Shown: one piece after another, positions 10,101-17,933 of the stretch | Layout: the number at the start of each line of letters is the position of its first letter | How positions within the stretch are numbered: position 1 is the first letter of the stretch | Assembly: GCA_016933615.1 (NCBI GenBank) | Contig: JAFGAO010000027.1 | Location: 493 to 64,492, forward strand | Reading direction: 5' to 3' | Origin: Acidobacteriota bacterium | Lineage (GTDB): Bacteria; Acidobacteriota; UBA6911 | DNA: 64,000 nt | Notes under the pieces: model-generated | The model's database searches: none | Told to the model about the DNA's origin: nothing | The model's input: the letters and a program-made list of their open reading frames with translations, nothing else | Made by a program: the position numbers and the translations under genes

Positions 10101-10586
10101 GAGCAATCGGGGAAAACGCAGGGCTTCAGCATTTTTGATATTGGGCACCAGGAGTGTGCGGGTTCCGTCCTTGCGCACGCCGTCTACGGCTATCCCCAGA
10201 TTGATGGCGCGGTTGAGACGGCGATGCGGAACGCCGTCGGTAAGATCGAAGGACGCGTTTATTTCGGGGTGATCTTTAAGCGCGCATACGACCGCCCAGG
10301 AGATGAGGTGGGTGAAGGATATGCGTTTTTTGCCTTCCGCATCCCGGTATTCGTTGATGATCTTACGGTTCTCCTCCAGAAGTTTGACGGGAATGGTGCG
10401 ATAGGATGTCGCCGTAGGAACGGAAAGGCTCGCTTCCATGTTCTCCACGATCCGCAGGTTGCCGCCGCTGATCGGCTTCAAGTCGTATGGTTTTTCTGAA
10501 GGAACGGCGGCCGGCCCCTCATCTTGTTTCGCAGCGGCACGCCTGATTTCGGTGTCTTCCCCTGAGACAGGATGATCGGATTGCAT
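7110..10586 (-). CDS. kgd: fused 2-oxoglutarate dehydrogenase E1 component with an N-terminal E2-type acyltransferase domain (Kgd/OdhA-like)
   Basis: 1158 aa. The N-terminal ~300 aa form a 2-oxoacid dehydrogenase acyltransferase catalytic domain ending in the DHRIIQGAESGEFL active-site motif, with no lipoyl domain. The rest is E1o (SLEGAE, MAHRGRLNVL, HGDAAFAGQGV, GHNETDEPS.TQP, WEAQFGDF). Confidence 0.9.
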   Translation of the reverse strand: MQSDHPVSGEDTEIRRAAAKQDEGPAAVPSEKPYDLKPISGGNLRIVENMEASLSVPTATSYRTIPVKLLEENRKIINEYRDAEGKKRISFTHLISWAVVCALKDHPEINASFDLTDGVPHRRLNRAINLGIAVDGVRKDGTRTLLVPNIKNAEALRFPRLLDAYNDILERVRKRDFAPSDFQDTTVTLTNPGTVGTFSSVPRLVRGQGAVIATGIIGYPSEYHAWSSESLSSIGLSKVMNISCTYDHRIIQGAESGEFLGRVKKLLMGEDSFYERLFNDLQLPAVPIQWSHDQHPSLLGAAQPPNNLDKQAGVLRLINRYRVRGHMIAQLDPLASSPLYHPELDPATFGLTMWDLDREFSTGDLGGLPRSTLRRILEVLRTAYCKKIGIEFRHIQDPGEKDWIQQHIEPAETRLPLERSLRLRVLEKLASAEQFEKFLHLKFVGHKRFSLEGAETVISVLDTILTRFADFHVREAVLGMAHRGRLNVLANIIGTPVAKILSEFEENFDPYAIQGSGDVKYHLGSSGTFRSASGKEIFISLAPNPSHLEWVNPVIEGIVRAKQDRSGDRERERIVPLIVHGDAAFAGQGVAYETLNLSQLYGYKTGGTVHLIVNNQIGFTTPSQEIRSSPYATDLARSVQAPIFHVNGDDPDAAARIAILSVEYRQRFKKDVVIDIFCYRRHGHNETDEPSYTQPLLYRKIREKPSVLAIYSEKLLREGVISKESLEKMRRRVQEKLEEAYRESVEGVQAFSPDIPLAVSEEELNEYQPTERTGVGLDLLREVARGLSSVPRDFHVHPKLISFLEKRRELLASEPDIDWSFAEALAFGTLVYEGTPVRLSGQDSARGTFSQRHAGLTDFESGEEYIPLQNISPDQASFEVYDSLLSEAAVLGFEFGYSAADPLSLVLWEAQFGDFSNGAQVIIDNFISSSDTKWKQPCDLVLLLPHGFEGQGPEHSSARPERFLSLCAEDNMRVCFPTTPSQYFHLLRSQMRDAKQIPLVVLTPKSILRHPECVSRPRDLVEGRFEMVLDDPGIREDRADIWRVLLCSGKVYYDLIAERRKRHQSGIAIVRVEQLYPFPEWNLSKILSGYGNARKLFWVQEEPQNMGAWYFVSRLMEPGMSLGRSLRYIGRPESASPAAGSHKAHAKEQAKILREAFE

Positions 10587-10939
10587 AGGATGCTCTCATG
10601 AAATATTGATAATCCAAAAGCCCGTCCAATTTTGAACGGCAAATCCATTTCTTTCCCTGCATTCCCCCAAACGCGCTTTCGGGATTCCGTGAGGCGGAAA
10701 CCCCGGAGGGACCTCACGGCGTACACGTCCGCTCGACGGGAAATTATTACATTAATACGGCAATAAGGGAACACAACAGTGCCGCCGTTTCCTCCCGCGG
10801 CCGCCCCAGCGGCCGCCGTCCGGACCGGTAAAATAGGGAATCTGCAATCCCCTGTGCAATAAAGTTTTCCGGGACACGGCCGATAGTACTATTTGAAAAG
10901 CGTCCCGATAACGGATCGCATCAGCGGTTGGGGAAGTCC

Positions 10940-11875
10940 ATGTCCGAAACAAAAATCCCATCTTCCAAATTCGCAATCCACGGCAAGCCCCTCCGTGAAA
11001 TTCTCAGGCTGCATTCCAAATGGCTCCGGGGAAACGGGGGAGAGCAGGCCAGCATCCAAGGAGCGAGCCTTTCGGACGTCGATTTGCAGAAGGCGGATCT
11101 TCGGCGTGCGATTCTTGTGGGCGTCAACTTTCTGGAGGCGAATCTCTCCGAAACGGACTTTTCCGAGTCGGAAATTCGCGGCTGCGATTTCCGCAATGCC
11201 GTGCTATTCAAAACAGATTTCAGCTACGGCGATCTCACCGATGTCAATTTTCAGCGCTGCCTGCTTGCGGAATCGAACTTTTCACAGGCCAGGGCCAACC
11301 GGTTGCAATTCAGGCATGCCAATATGCGGGACAGCAGGCTGTACGAAGTCAGGATGAAAGGCTGCGATTTTTTCGGCGCCAATCTGAACGCCGCTTTCTT
11401 CAACCACTCCTTTGTCGCCAACTGCAATTTCGTCGATGCGGATTTGGATAAATCTAACTTTCTAAGATCGCGCCTGCACTCGGTCCGTTTTACCGCCGCT
11501 TCGCTGAGGGAGGCCAACCTTTCGTCCATACATGCGAATGAATGCGATTTTCGAGGGGCCAAGCTGCACTCGGCCAAGTTCGGCCTTGCTGATTTGTGCC
11601 AGTGCCTTTTCTGCCGTGCGCAGATGCCGGGATGCGATTTCCGGCAAACCAACCTGAATTCCGCCGATTTCTCAGGGTCCGTCCTTCAGAATTCACTTTT
11701 TTCAGAAGCCAATACTATGTCGACCGACTTCCGGGGGACGGTTCTGGAAGGCGCGCGAGGACTCACGGCGCGCCAGCTTTCCCAGTCCTTTACCGCCGTG
11801 AACACCATTCTTCCGAACGGAACCCGCGGCCCCTACGTAAGCCGAAGCCGGATGGAGATTCCGGTTCTCCAGTAA
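10940..11875 (+). CDS. pentapeptide-repeat protein
   Basis: About 250 aa of uninterrupted A(D/N)LXX-type pentapeptide repeats (ADLRRAILVGVNFLEANLSETDFSESEIRGCDFRNAVLFKTDF...). ATG 10940 follows GGGGAAG. TTG 10928 is the ORF-track alternative. Confidence 0.85.
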   Translation: MSETKIPSSKFAIHGKPLREILRLHSKWLRGNGGEQASIQGASLSDVDLQKADLRRAILVGVNFLEANLSETDFSESEIRGCDFRNAVLFKTDFSYGDLTDVNFQRCLLAESNFSQARANRLQFRHANMRDSRLYEVRMKGCDFFGANLNAAFFNHSFVANCNFVDADLDKSNFLRSRLHSVRFTAASLREANLSSIHANECDFRGAKLHSAKFGLADLCQCLFCRAQMPGCDFRQTNLNSADFSGSVLQNSLFSEANTMSTDFRGTVLEGARGLTARQLSQSFTAVNTILPNGTRGPYVSRSRMEIPVLQ

Positions 11876-11973
11876 TTCCCCGTTCTCTTGTTGGATCCCC
11901 GTATCCGTTGTGTCATGATGCATCGGTGTCGATCATACGCTTGATAAAGAGAAACACGGAGAAAGGCCCGGAT

Positions 11974-12444
11974 GTGCACACCGCTACGGAAACCGTCCGG
12001 AAGATAGCCCGGGCACTCGACAAACTGGATGCGATGCACGCGAAATTCGTCGCCTGCTTCGCATACCTTCTGAGCCGAGCGGCGCGGGCGGACCTGGAAA
12101 TCAGCGGCGAGGAAACGTCCCTGATGGAAAAAATCGTTATGGATAAGGGAGGGTTGCCGGAGGAGCAGGCCATGATCGTTGTCCAGATGGCGAAGACACA
12201 GAGCCTTCTATTCGGCGGCACCGAAAATTACCTCGTGGCTCGGGAATTCAGGGATGCGGCATCCTACCGGGAACGCCTGGCGTTAGTCGACTGCCTGTTT
12301 GCCGTCGCCGCGTCGCACGATTCCATTTCCACGCTGGAAGACAATGAAATCAGCCAGATTGCGGACGAACTCCGGGTCGAACACGGGGATTTTATATCGA
12401 TCCGATCGCGGTATCGCGATCATCTTGCAGTCCTGAAAAAATAG
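11974..12444 (+). CDS. TerB-like (tellurite-resistance TerB / DjlA N-terminal type) family protein
   Basis: Two amphipathic repeats of the TerB pattern (LLSRAARADLEISGEETSLMEKIV; LFAVAASHDSISTLEDNEISQIADEL). The start is uncertain: GTG 11974, GTG 11926 or ATG 12034. The ORF-track start at 11596 overlaps the pentapeptide gene and is unlikely. Confidence 0.55.
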   Translation: MHTATETVRKIARALDKLDAMHAKFVACFAYLLSRAARADLEISGEETSLMEKIVMDKGGLPEEQAMIVVQMAKTQSLLFGGTENYLVAREFRDAASYRERLALVDCLFAVAASHDSISTLEDNEISQIADELRVEHGDFISIRSRYRDHLAVLKK

Positions 12445-12457
12445 AAAGTCCGCGATA

Positions 12458-12988
12458 TTGAAAAATTTTTCCGATCCCAACCCTCGATCATCCATGGTCC
12501 GAAAAGAAAAGGAAAGGTTCGCGCCTCTTTGCAGCCTGCGAATATCGGACGTTGTCAAGGCCGTTTCCGTTTTTCCCCGTAGGCTCGGGGAACTGCTCGA
12601 TATGCTGCAGGACCGGGACCGCACGATGCGGGACCGTGCCTCCGCAACCCTGGCCCGGCTGGTCGCTTTGCACCCGGAAAGGTTGCCGCGTTACGCTCCC
12701 CGGCTCAGAGAGGCCTTGTCTGACGAATCCGCCTACGTGCGCTGGCATCTCGTATACACCTTGGGAAAGCTATACGAACTTTATCCCGAACGACTGAAGG
12801 GCGCTCTGGCAGATCTTAACGGGCGCCTGCAGGACCCGAACAAAATTGTCCGCGCGTTGGCGGCCAAGGCGCTTGCGCGCGCCGCCTGCCGCAATCCGGG
12901 AAGCGTCAGGGAATTATTCCGGAACGCGGAGCGGGAAATCCCCAGAATTGTGAAAAACATCCTTAAAGCATCCGGATCGAGAGCCTAA
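12458..12988 (+). CDS. HEAT-repeat protein
   Basis: Repeated HEAT/PBS-lyase-type units (DRDRTMRDRASATLARL; DESAYVRWHLVYTLGKL; DPNKIVRALAAKALARA). The start is TTG 12458 or ATG 12494. Confidence 0.65.
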   Translation: MKNFSDPNPRSSMVRKEKERFAPLCSLRISDVVKAVSVFPRRLGELLDMLQDRDRTMRDRASATLARLVALHPERLPRYAPRLREALSDESAYVRWHLVYTLGKLYELYPERLKGALADLNGRLQDPNKIVRALAAKALARAACRNPGSVRELFRNAEREIPRIVKNILKASGSRA

Positions 12989-13044
12989 AAGACCGCAATC
13001 GAACTGCAGCGGCGGGGACGATTGAAGATCCGAGACACCGGGCC

Positions 13045-13073
13045 TTGACTTTTATGAATGATTCTCATAACTT
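13045..13073 (+). promoter_or_regulatory. candidate sigma70-type promoter for erpA, with an embedded AT-rich inverted repeat
   Basis: TTGACT (13045-13050), a 17-nt spacer, then TAACTT (13068-13073), about 45 nt upstream of ATG 13118. The spacer contains TATGA-N7-TCATA (13053-13069). Confidence 0.35.
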
Positions 13074-13117
13074 CGCCCTTATGCTGCGGTAATACGCGCC
13101 GGGGTGGAGGAGAGACA

Positions 13118-13438
13118 ATGGTCACATTGACACAGTTTGCAATCGATAAGGTTAAATCGATTCTGGCGGGCCAGGAGGAAAATAACGGCCTGAGGATCCA
13201 GGTGGCCGGCGCCGAATGCTCCGGATTCCAGTATCGGATGACCCTGGAAAAAGAACCGGCGCCGGGTGATGAAGTTCTTGACATAGACGGGCTGAAGCTG
13301 TTCCTGGACAGACGGTCGCTGCTCCATCTGGACGGAACGAGAATCGATTTCATAGAAAATGAGCGGGAGTCGGGATTCAAATTTGAAAATCCTGGCGTAC
13401 GCCCCGCCTGCGGATGCGGCGAGACCTTTGAAGCCTGA
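13118..13438 (+). CDS. erpA: iron-sulfur cluster insertion/carrier protein (HesB/IscA/ErpA family)
   Basis: 106 aa starting at MVTLTQ after GGAGGAGAG. Contains the family signature C-x(n)-CGCG: AGAECSGFQY and a C-terminal PACGCGETF. Confidence 0.85.
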   Translation: MVTLTQFAIDKVKSILAGQEENNGLRIQVAGAECSGFQYRMTLEKEPAPGDEVLDIDGLKLFLDRRSLLHLDGTRIDFIENERESGFKFENPGVRPACGCGETFEA

Positions 13439-13494
13439 GCCGCAAAGATTGCCGGTGCGATCCCTTCGGATATTGGGAACGCTCTAAAATCCGG

Positions 13495-13902
13495 ATGGAA
13501 TCGGCGATGGACGTCAAAGAGTATAGGGCCTTGAAAACAATTCAACGGGATGACTCAATCACTCTCGCGGGTATCCGAATATGCCCACGAATAGGTGTGA
13601 CGGCGCAGGAACGCTCCAGCCCCCAGGAGTGTGAGGCGGATTTGACGGTATGGGACAATCTTGAAGGCGCCGCCGCGCGGGATTCCCTGGAAAGCGCCGT
13701 AGACTACAGCCGTCTGCTCGGAAATACCCGGGAAATCGCGGCCGCGGGAGAGTACACCCTGGTGGAGACGCTTGCGTACAGGATAGTTAGAAGCACGCTC
13801 GAGTCTTTCCCCGTAAGCCGTGTCCGGGTTAAAATACGGAAACGCCCCGCGAGCCTGAAGGATCAACTCGATTACATTGAAGTCGAAGTGGCGGAACCCT
13901 GA
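13495..13902 (+). CDS. folB: dihydroneopterin aldolase
   Basis: FolB-like pattern: ITLAGIRICPRIGVTAQER..PQECEADLTVW, DYSRL, TLVETLAYRI, and RVKIRK near the C-terminus. The start could be ATG 13495 or ATG 13507. Confidence 0.7.
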   Translation: MESAMDVKEYRALKTIQRDDSITLAGIRICPRIGVTAQERSSPQECEADLTVWDNLEGAAARDSLESAVDYSRLLGNTREIAAAGEYTLVETLAYRIVRSTLESFPVSRVRVKIRKRPASLKDQLDYIEVEVAEP

Positions 13903-14203
13903 AGCAGGCCTTTGGACCCCGCCCCGCCCCGAAAACGGGATCGCGGGTGCATCGTGCGCCGCCGAAAGTAGTTTCCTCTGTACGGAACGACTTCAGATTG
14001 TCTATAGTATTGAGGCCGGCGAAACGGCTGAATCGCCGTGGGCGGAGGTACGGAAAGAGTCCGGATCCGCCGTGAACGCCGCCGGCGGCCGATCCGGCAA
14101 ACTAAAATGCAGCGCGAGGTGAAAGTCGCGGCTTCGCAAGGACGGCAACGGCGCCGTCGCGGGCGCGATGCCGGGGACAGGAACCCGCAAAACGGGGAAA
14201 ATC

Positions 14204-14686
14204 ATGGAAACAAGTTCGGGAGAAGGTCCCGGTTTCATAACGTCCAAACTCGAAAGTATGGTCGGCTGGGCGCGCAAATATTCCATTTTCGTATATCCTT
14301 TTGTAACCGCATGCTGCGGAATGGAATACATGTCGGCCGCGTCCGGACATTTTGACATGGACCGTTTCGGGGCAGGCCTGCCCCGCTTCTCGCCGCGGCA
14401 GGCCGATGTCCTGCTGGTGGTGGGAACGATCAGTCACAAAATCGCGCCCATTCTGCGCCGCGTGTACGATCAGATGTGTGAACCGAAGTGGGTGGTGGCG
14501 TTCGGCGTATGCACGTGCACGGGAGGTTTTTACGATAATTACGCCACCGTCCAGGGGATCGACACGATTCTTCCCGTCGACGTTTACATACCCGGGTGCC
14601 CGCCACGGCCTGAAGCGGTACTGGACGGACTTATGAAACTTCAGACAAAAATACAAAACCAAAGACACCCACTGAGGGAATTATGA
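14204..14686 (+). CDS. nuoB: NADH-quinone oxidoreductase subunit B paralog (divergent copy)
   Basis: NuoB/NDH-1 20-kDa fold with the cluster N2 cysteines retained ([27 protein letters not shown]). It is clearly diverged from the canonical copy at 24649. Its stop overlaps the start of the next gene (ATGA). Confidence 0.85.
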   Translation: METSSGEGPGFITSKLESMVGWARKYSIFVYPFVTACCGMEYMSAASGHFDMDRFGAGLPRFSPRQADVLLVVGTISHKIAPILRRVYDQMCEPKWVVAFGVCTCTGGFYDNYATVQGIDTILPVDVYIPGCPPRPEAVLDGLMKLQTKIQNQRHPLREL

Positions 14687-16008
14687 CCGCTGCAGTCAAA
14701 AATATGCTGCTGAACATCGGCCCGTCTCATCCCGCCATGCACGGCGTCATCCGGCTGATTACGGAACTGGAAGGGGAGACGGTAGTAAAGGTCGAGGCTG
14801 AAATAGGATACCTGCACCGTGCCTTCGAAAAAAAATGCGAAGACTCGAGCTGGAATCAATGCGTGCCCTATACGGACCGTCTGAACTACGTTTCACCCCT
14901 GATCAACAATTTCGGCTATTGCGGCGCCGTTGAAAAACTTCTCGGTATCGAAATCACCGAGCGCTGTAAATACATCCGTGTCCTCATGAGCGAAATTTCG
15001 CGCATAACGGACCATTTGACCTGCATCGCGGCCTCGGCGATGGAACTGGGCGCCATGACCGCCTTTCTTTACCTTATGAAAGCGCGCGAGTATCTCTACG
15101 ATATCATCGAAGACGTCACGGGAGCCCGTCTCACGGTCAGTTACGGCCGCATCGGGGGCGTCAAGGCGGACCTGCCTCAGGATATCAGGGAAAAGCTGGA
15201 ACAGGCTCTGGTCCAATGCGAAAAGGAAATATACGAAGTCGACAAACTGCTGACCCGAAATAGAATATTCGTCGACCGAACCAGGGGTGTCGGGGTGCTG
15301 ACAAAGGAAACAGCCGTCAGTTACGCGATCAACGGCCCCCTGGGGCGTTCCGCCGGAATCAACTATGATGTGCGCAAGTCTTTTCCTTACTGGATTTATG
15401 ATCGTATGGACTTTGATGTGCCCCTCGGGGAGAAAGGGGACAATTACGACCGCTATCTGGTGCGCATGGAAGAAATGAGGCAGAGCATCCGCATTATCCG
15501 GCAGGCCATGAAAGGCATTCCAGGCGGAGCCGTCAACGTGGACTCGGCGGGGAAAATCATGCAGTCCATGGAACTGGTCGACGAGGCCAAGATGGGACAT
15601 ACCGCCGGCTTGGTGGATGTTATTTCCATGGTGGAACCGACGCTGGGCGGTTCGGAAAGGCCCTTTCACAGGCGCGTCATGAGCGGCGACAAGAGCGTAT
15701 CCCTGCCGAATAAGGGCGATACATACGGAAATATCGAAGGACTCATGAACCATTTCAAGATCGTCATGCATCATCACGGCATCCGGCCGGGCAATGGGGA
15801 CGCCTACTTCCCGGTTGAGGGCGCGAACGGGGAATTGGGATTTTATGTCGTCAGCGACGGAAAGGACCGGCCTTACCGCGTCCGGGTCCGCCCCCCCTGT
15901 TTCTTCGCGATGGCCGGCCTGCATACAATGCTCGAAGGCTATATGGTCGCGGATATTGTCGCCACTTTCGGGTCCATCAACATGATCGCGGGCGAACTGG
16001 ATCGATAG
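14683..16008 (+). CDS. nuoD: NADH-quinone oxidoreductase subunit D paralog (441 aa, with an internal insertion)
   Basis: Contains [66 protein letters not shown] and a C-terminal IAGELDR. It has no hydrogenase-type CxxC Ni-binding motifs. Confidence 0.85.
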   Translation: MTAAVKNMLLNIGPSHPAMHGVIRLITELEGETVVKVEAEIGYLHRAFEKKCEDSSWNQCVPYTDRLNYVSPLINNFGYCGAVEKLLGIEITERCKYIRVLMSEISRITDHLTCIAASAMELGAMTAFLYLMKAREYLYDIIEDVTGARLTVSYGRIGGVKADLPQDIREKLEQALVQCEKEIYEVDKLLTRNRIFVDRTRGVGVLTKETAVSYAINGPLGRSAGINYDVRKSFPYWIYDRMDFDVPLGEKGDNYDRYLVRMEEMRQSIRIIRQAMKGIPGGAVNVDSAGKIMQSMELVDEAKMGHTAGLVDVISMVEPTLGGSERPFHRRVMSGDKSVSLPNKGDTYGNIEGLMNHFKIVMHHHGIRPGNGDAYFPVEGANGELGFYVVSDGKDRPYRVRVRPPCFFAMAGLHTMLEGYMVADIVATFGSINMIAGELDR

Positions 16009-16076
16009 AAAACCCCTGTCTATCTATGAATTACGGAATCGGCGCCGAAGCCGGCAATCGTCAGCCAGGGAAGATA

Positions 16077-16826
16077 ATGATTACCCTGAAATCAAAGCGC
16101 GAAATAGAGATCATGCGCGACGCCAGCCGAATAGTCGCAGAGGCGCTCGAAGGGCTGCGTACCCTGTGCCGCGCCGGCGTCACCACCAAGGAACTGGATA
16201 CATACGCCGGAAAAATCCCCGCGCAGTACGGCGCCACCGCAGCTTTCAAGGGATACCGGGGTTTTCCGGGCGCGTTGTGCGTTTCCATCAATCAGCAGGT
16301 CGTGCACGGGATCCCGGGCGACAGCGTCCTGAAAGACGGCGATATCGTTTCCTTGGATTTCGGAGTCCACTACAAGGGATATTACGGCGATGCCGCCATA
16401 ACAGTCCCGATCGGCCGCGTCACGCCCGAAAGCGCAAAACTGCTCATGATTACTGAAGAGTGCCTGGATCTCGGGATCGATCAAATGGTGCCCGACAACC
16501 ATCTATCGGATCTTTCGCGCGCCATACAGATGCACGCGGAACAGAACGGCTTTTCCCTTGTCAAAGAGTTCGGAGGGCACGGAATCGGGCGCCATTTGCA
16601 CGAAGATCCTATGGTGCTCAATTACGTTACGGAAGGGCGCGGGATCAGGCTGCGCCCCGGGCTGGTCCTGGCGGTCGAACCGATGGTCAATGCCGGCACG
16701 GAAAGGGTGCGGATCCTTTCCGACGGATGGACCGTTGTCACCGGGGATGGAAAACCCTCGGCTCATTTCGAGCATACAGTCGCGGTTACGGAAAACGGCC
16801 CTGAAATCCTAACCAGGACGGAATAA
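16077..16826 (+). CDS. map: type I methionine aminopeptidase
   Basis: Contains KSKREIEIMRDASRIVAEA, VHGIPG, DIVSLDFG, GHGIG..LHEDP, EPMVN and the HFEHTV metal-ligand pattern. ATG 16077 follows AGGGAAG. Confidence 0.92.
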   Translation: MITLKSKREIEIMRDASRIVAEALEGLRTLCRAGVTTKELDTYAGKIPAQYGATAAFKGYRGFPGALCVSINQQVVHGIPGDSVLKDGDIVSLDFGVHYKGYYGDAAITVPIGRVTPESAKLLMITEECLDLGIDQMVPDNHLSDLSRAIQMHAEQNGFSLVKEFGGHGIGRHLHEDPMVLNYVTEGRGIRLRPGLVLAVEPMVNAGTERVRILSDGWTVVTGDGKPSAHFEHTVAVTENGPEILTRTE

Positions 16827-16919
16827 ACGGAAGCTTCCCGGGGCACCTTGTTTCATGAAGGCCGTGCGTTTGTTTCATGGTATGATAGGATTCCGTTTCG
16901 CGACGGGAGGGAACATGAA

Positions 16920-17891
16920 ATGCCGGTGAGGAAATTCGGGAAAGAGACAGAGCATTTTCACAACTTCCTGCGTCGCAGGGGGAAGAAAAAGACCTATCAG
17001 AAAGATTTGATCCTGGAAACTTTTCTCAAAACCGAAGGGCATCTCAGCGTTGAGGATGTTTACGCCCTGGTAAAGAAGAAGGATAAGAAAATCGGCGTTG
17101 TAACGGTATTTCGGACCCTGTTGTCTCTGGCCGATGAAGAGTGCGGCATCGCCAGAAAAATAAATCTCGGAGACGGATTGACCCGATTCGAACACCGCTT
17201 CCAGCATCCCTACCATCACCACATAATCTGTAATAAGTGCCATAAAGCGATCGAGTTCGTCTGTCCGGAGCTGGACCGCATCCAGGATGAAATTATCCGG
17301 AAATACAGCTTCACCCCCGACCACCATCGTTTCCAGACTTATGGAATCTGCGAGGACTGCCGCGAAAACAAGCATGGTGCGGACAATTCCAACCACGATA
17401 CGGAAAAGATTTTTGCCAGGGACGCCCTGAGGATGGCCCTGACCATGAAAAACAATTGCCTGGATTTCTTCAAGGCGGCGGCGCGGTGCAACATGGATCC
17501 CGGCGGAAAAGCGATCTTTGAACGGATGATTCTGGATGAGGAAAAGCACATTTCGGATCTGAATGCGAATCTCGACGATTTATTGCGGCAGGAGGACGGG
17601 CTGGATCGGGCGCCGGTATTCCTTCATTTCGATCCCGGGGAACTGGGAAGAATCATCCCCGATATATCCGATTATGAAAACAGGGGAGAAGTGCGCCTGG
17701 ACTCAAAAGCTGCAATTGAACTGGCGGCAACCATGAATCTATGCGCTTCGGAATTCTTCAAAAAATACGCGGAAAAGTTCACCGATACCCTCGGGAAGCG
17801 AATTCTTATGAATTTTGCCGTCCGGGAGGAGCGTCACGGTGGTCTTATGAAACAACGGATGGAAGATCGCATGCATCCAGGTATGCAATAG
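16920..17891 (+). CDS. Fur-family transcriptional regulator fused to a C-terminal ferritin-like/rubrerythrin-like domain
   Basis: The N-terminal ~150 aa are Fur/PerR-like: a winged helix (YQKDLILETFLKTEGHLSVEDVY), HPYHHHIIC, and the CxxC pairs CNKC and CEDC. The C-terminal ~165 aa have two ferritin-like helix pairs with ExxH (MILDEEKH; AVREERH). ATG 16920 follows GGGAGG. Confidence 0.75.
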   Translation: MPVRKFGKETEHFHNFLRRRGKKKTYQKDLILETFLKTEGHLSVEDVYALVKKKDKKIGVVTVFRTLLSLADEECGIARKINLGDGLTRFEHRFQHPYHHHIICNKCHKAIEFVCPELDRIQDEIIRKYSFTPDHHRFQTYGICEDCRENKHGADNSNHDTEKIFARDALRMALTMKNNCLDFFKAAARCNMDPGGKAIFERMILDEEKHISDLNANLDDLLRQEDGLDRAPVFLHFDPGELGRIIPDISDYENRGEVRLDSKAAIELAATMNLCASEFFKKYAEKFTDTLGKRILMNFAVREERHGGLMKQRMEDRMHPGMQ

Positions 17892-17933
17892 TCCGCCTGG
17901 ATTTTCCGGGCTCATTTCAAAGATATTAAAGAT

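Noticed and set aside
11596-11973. Upstream 126 codons of the 282-aa ORF that ends as the TerB-like protein.
   Set aside because: This part overlaps the 3' end of the well-supported pentapeptide gene in another frame, and its translation is Arg/Pro-rich with no structure. An internal GTG or ATG start is more plausible.
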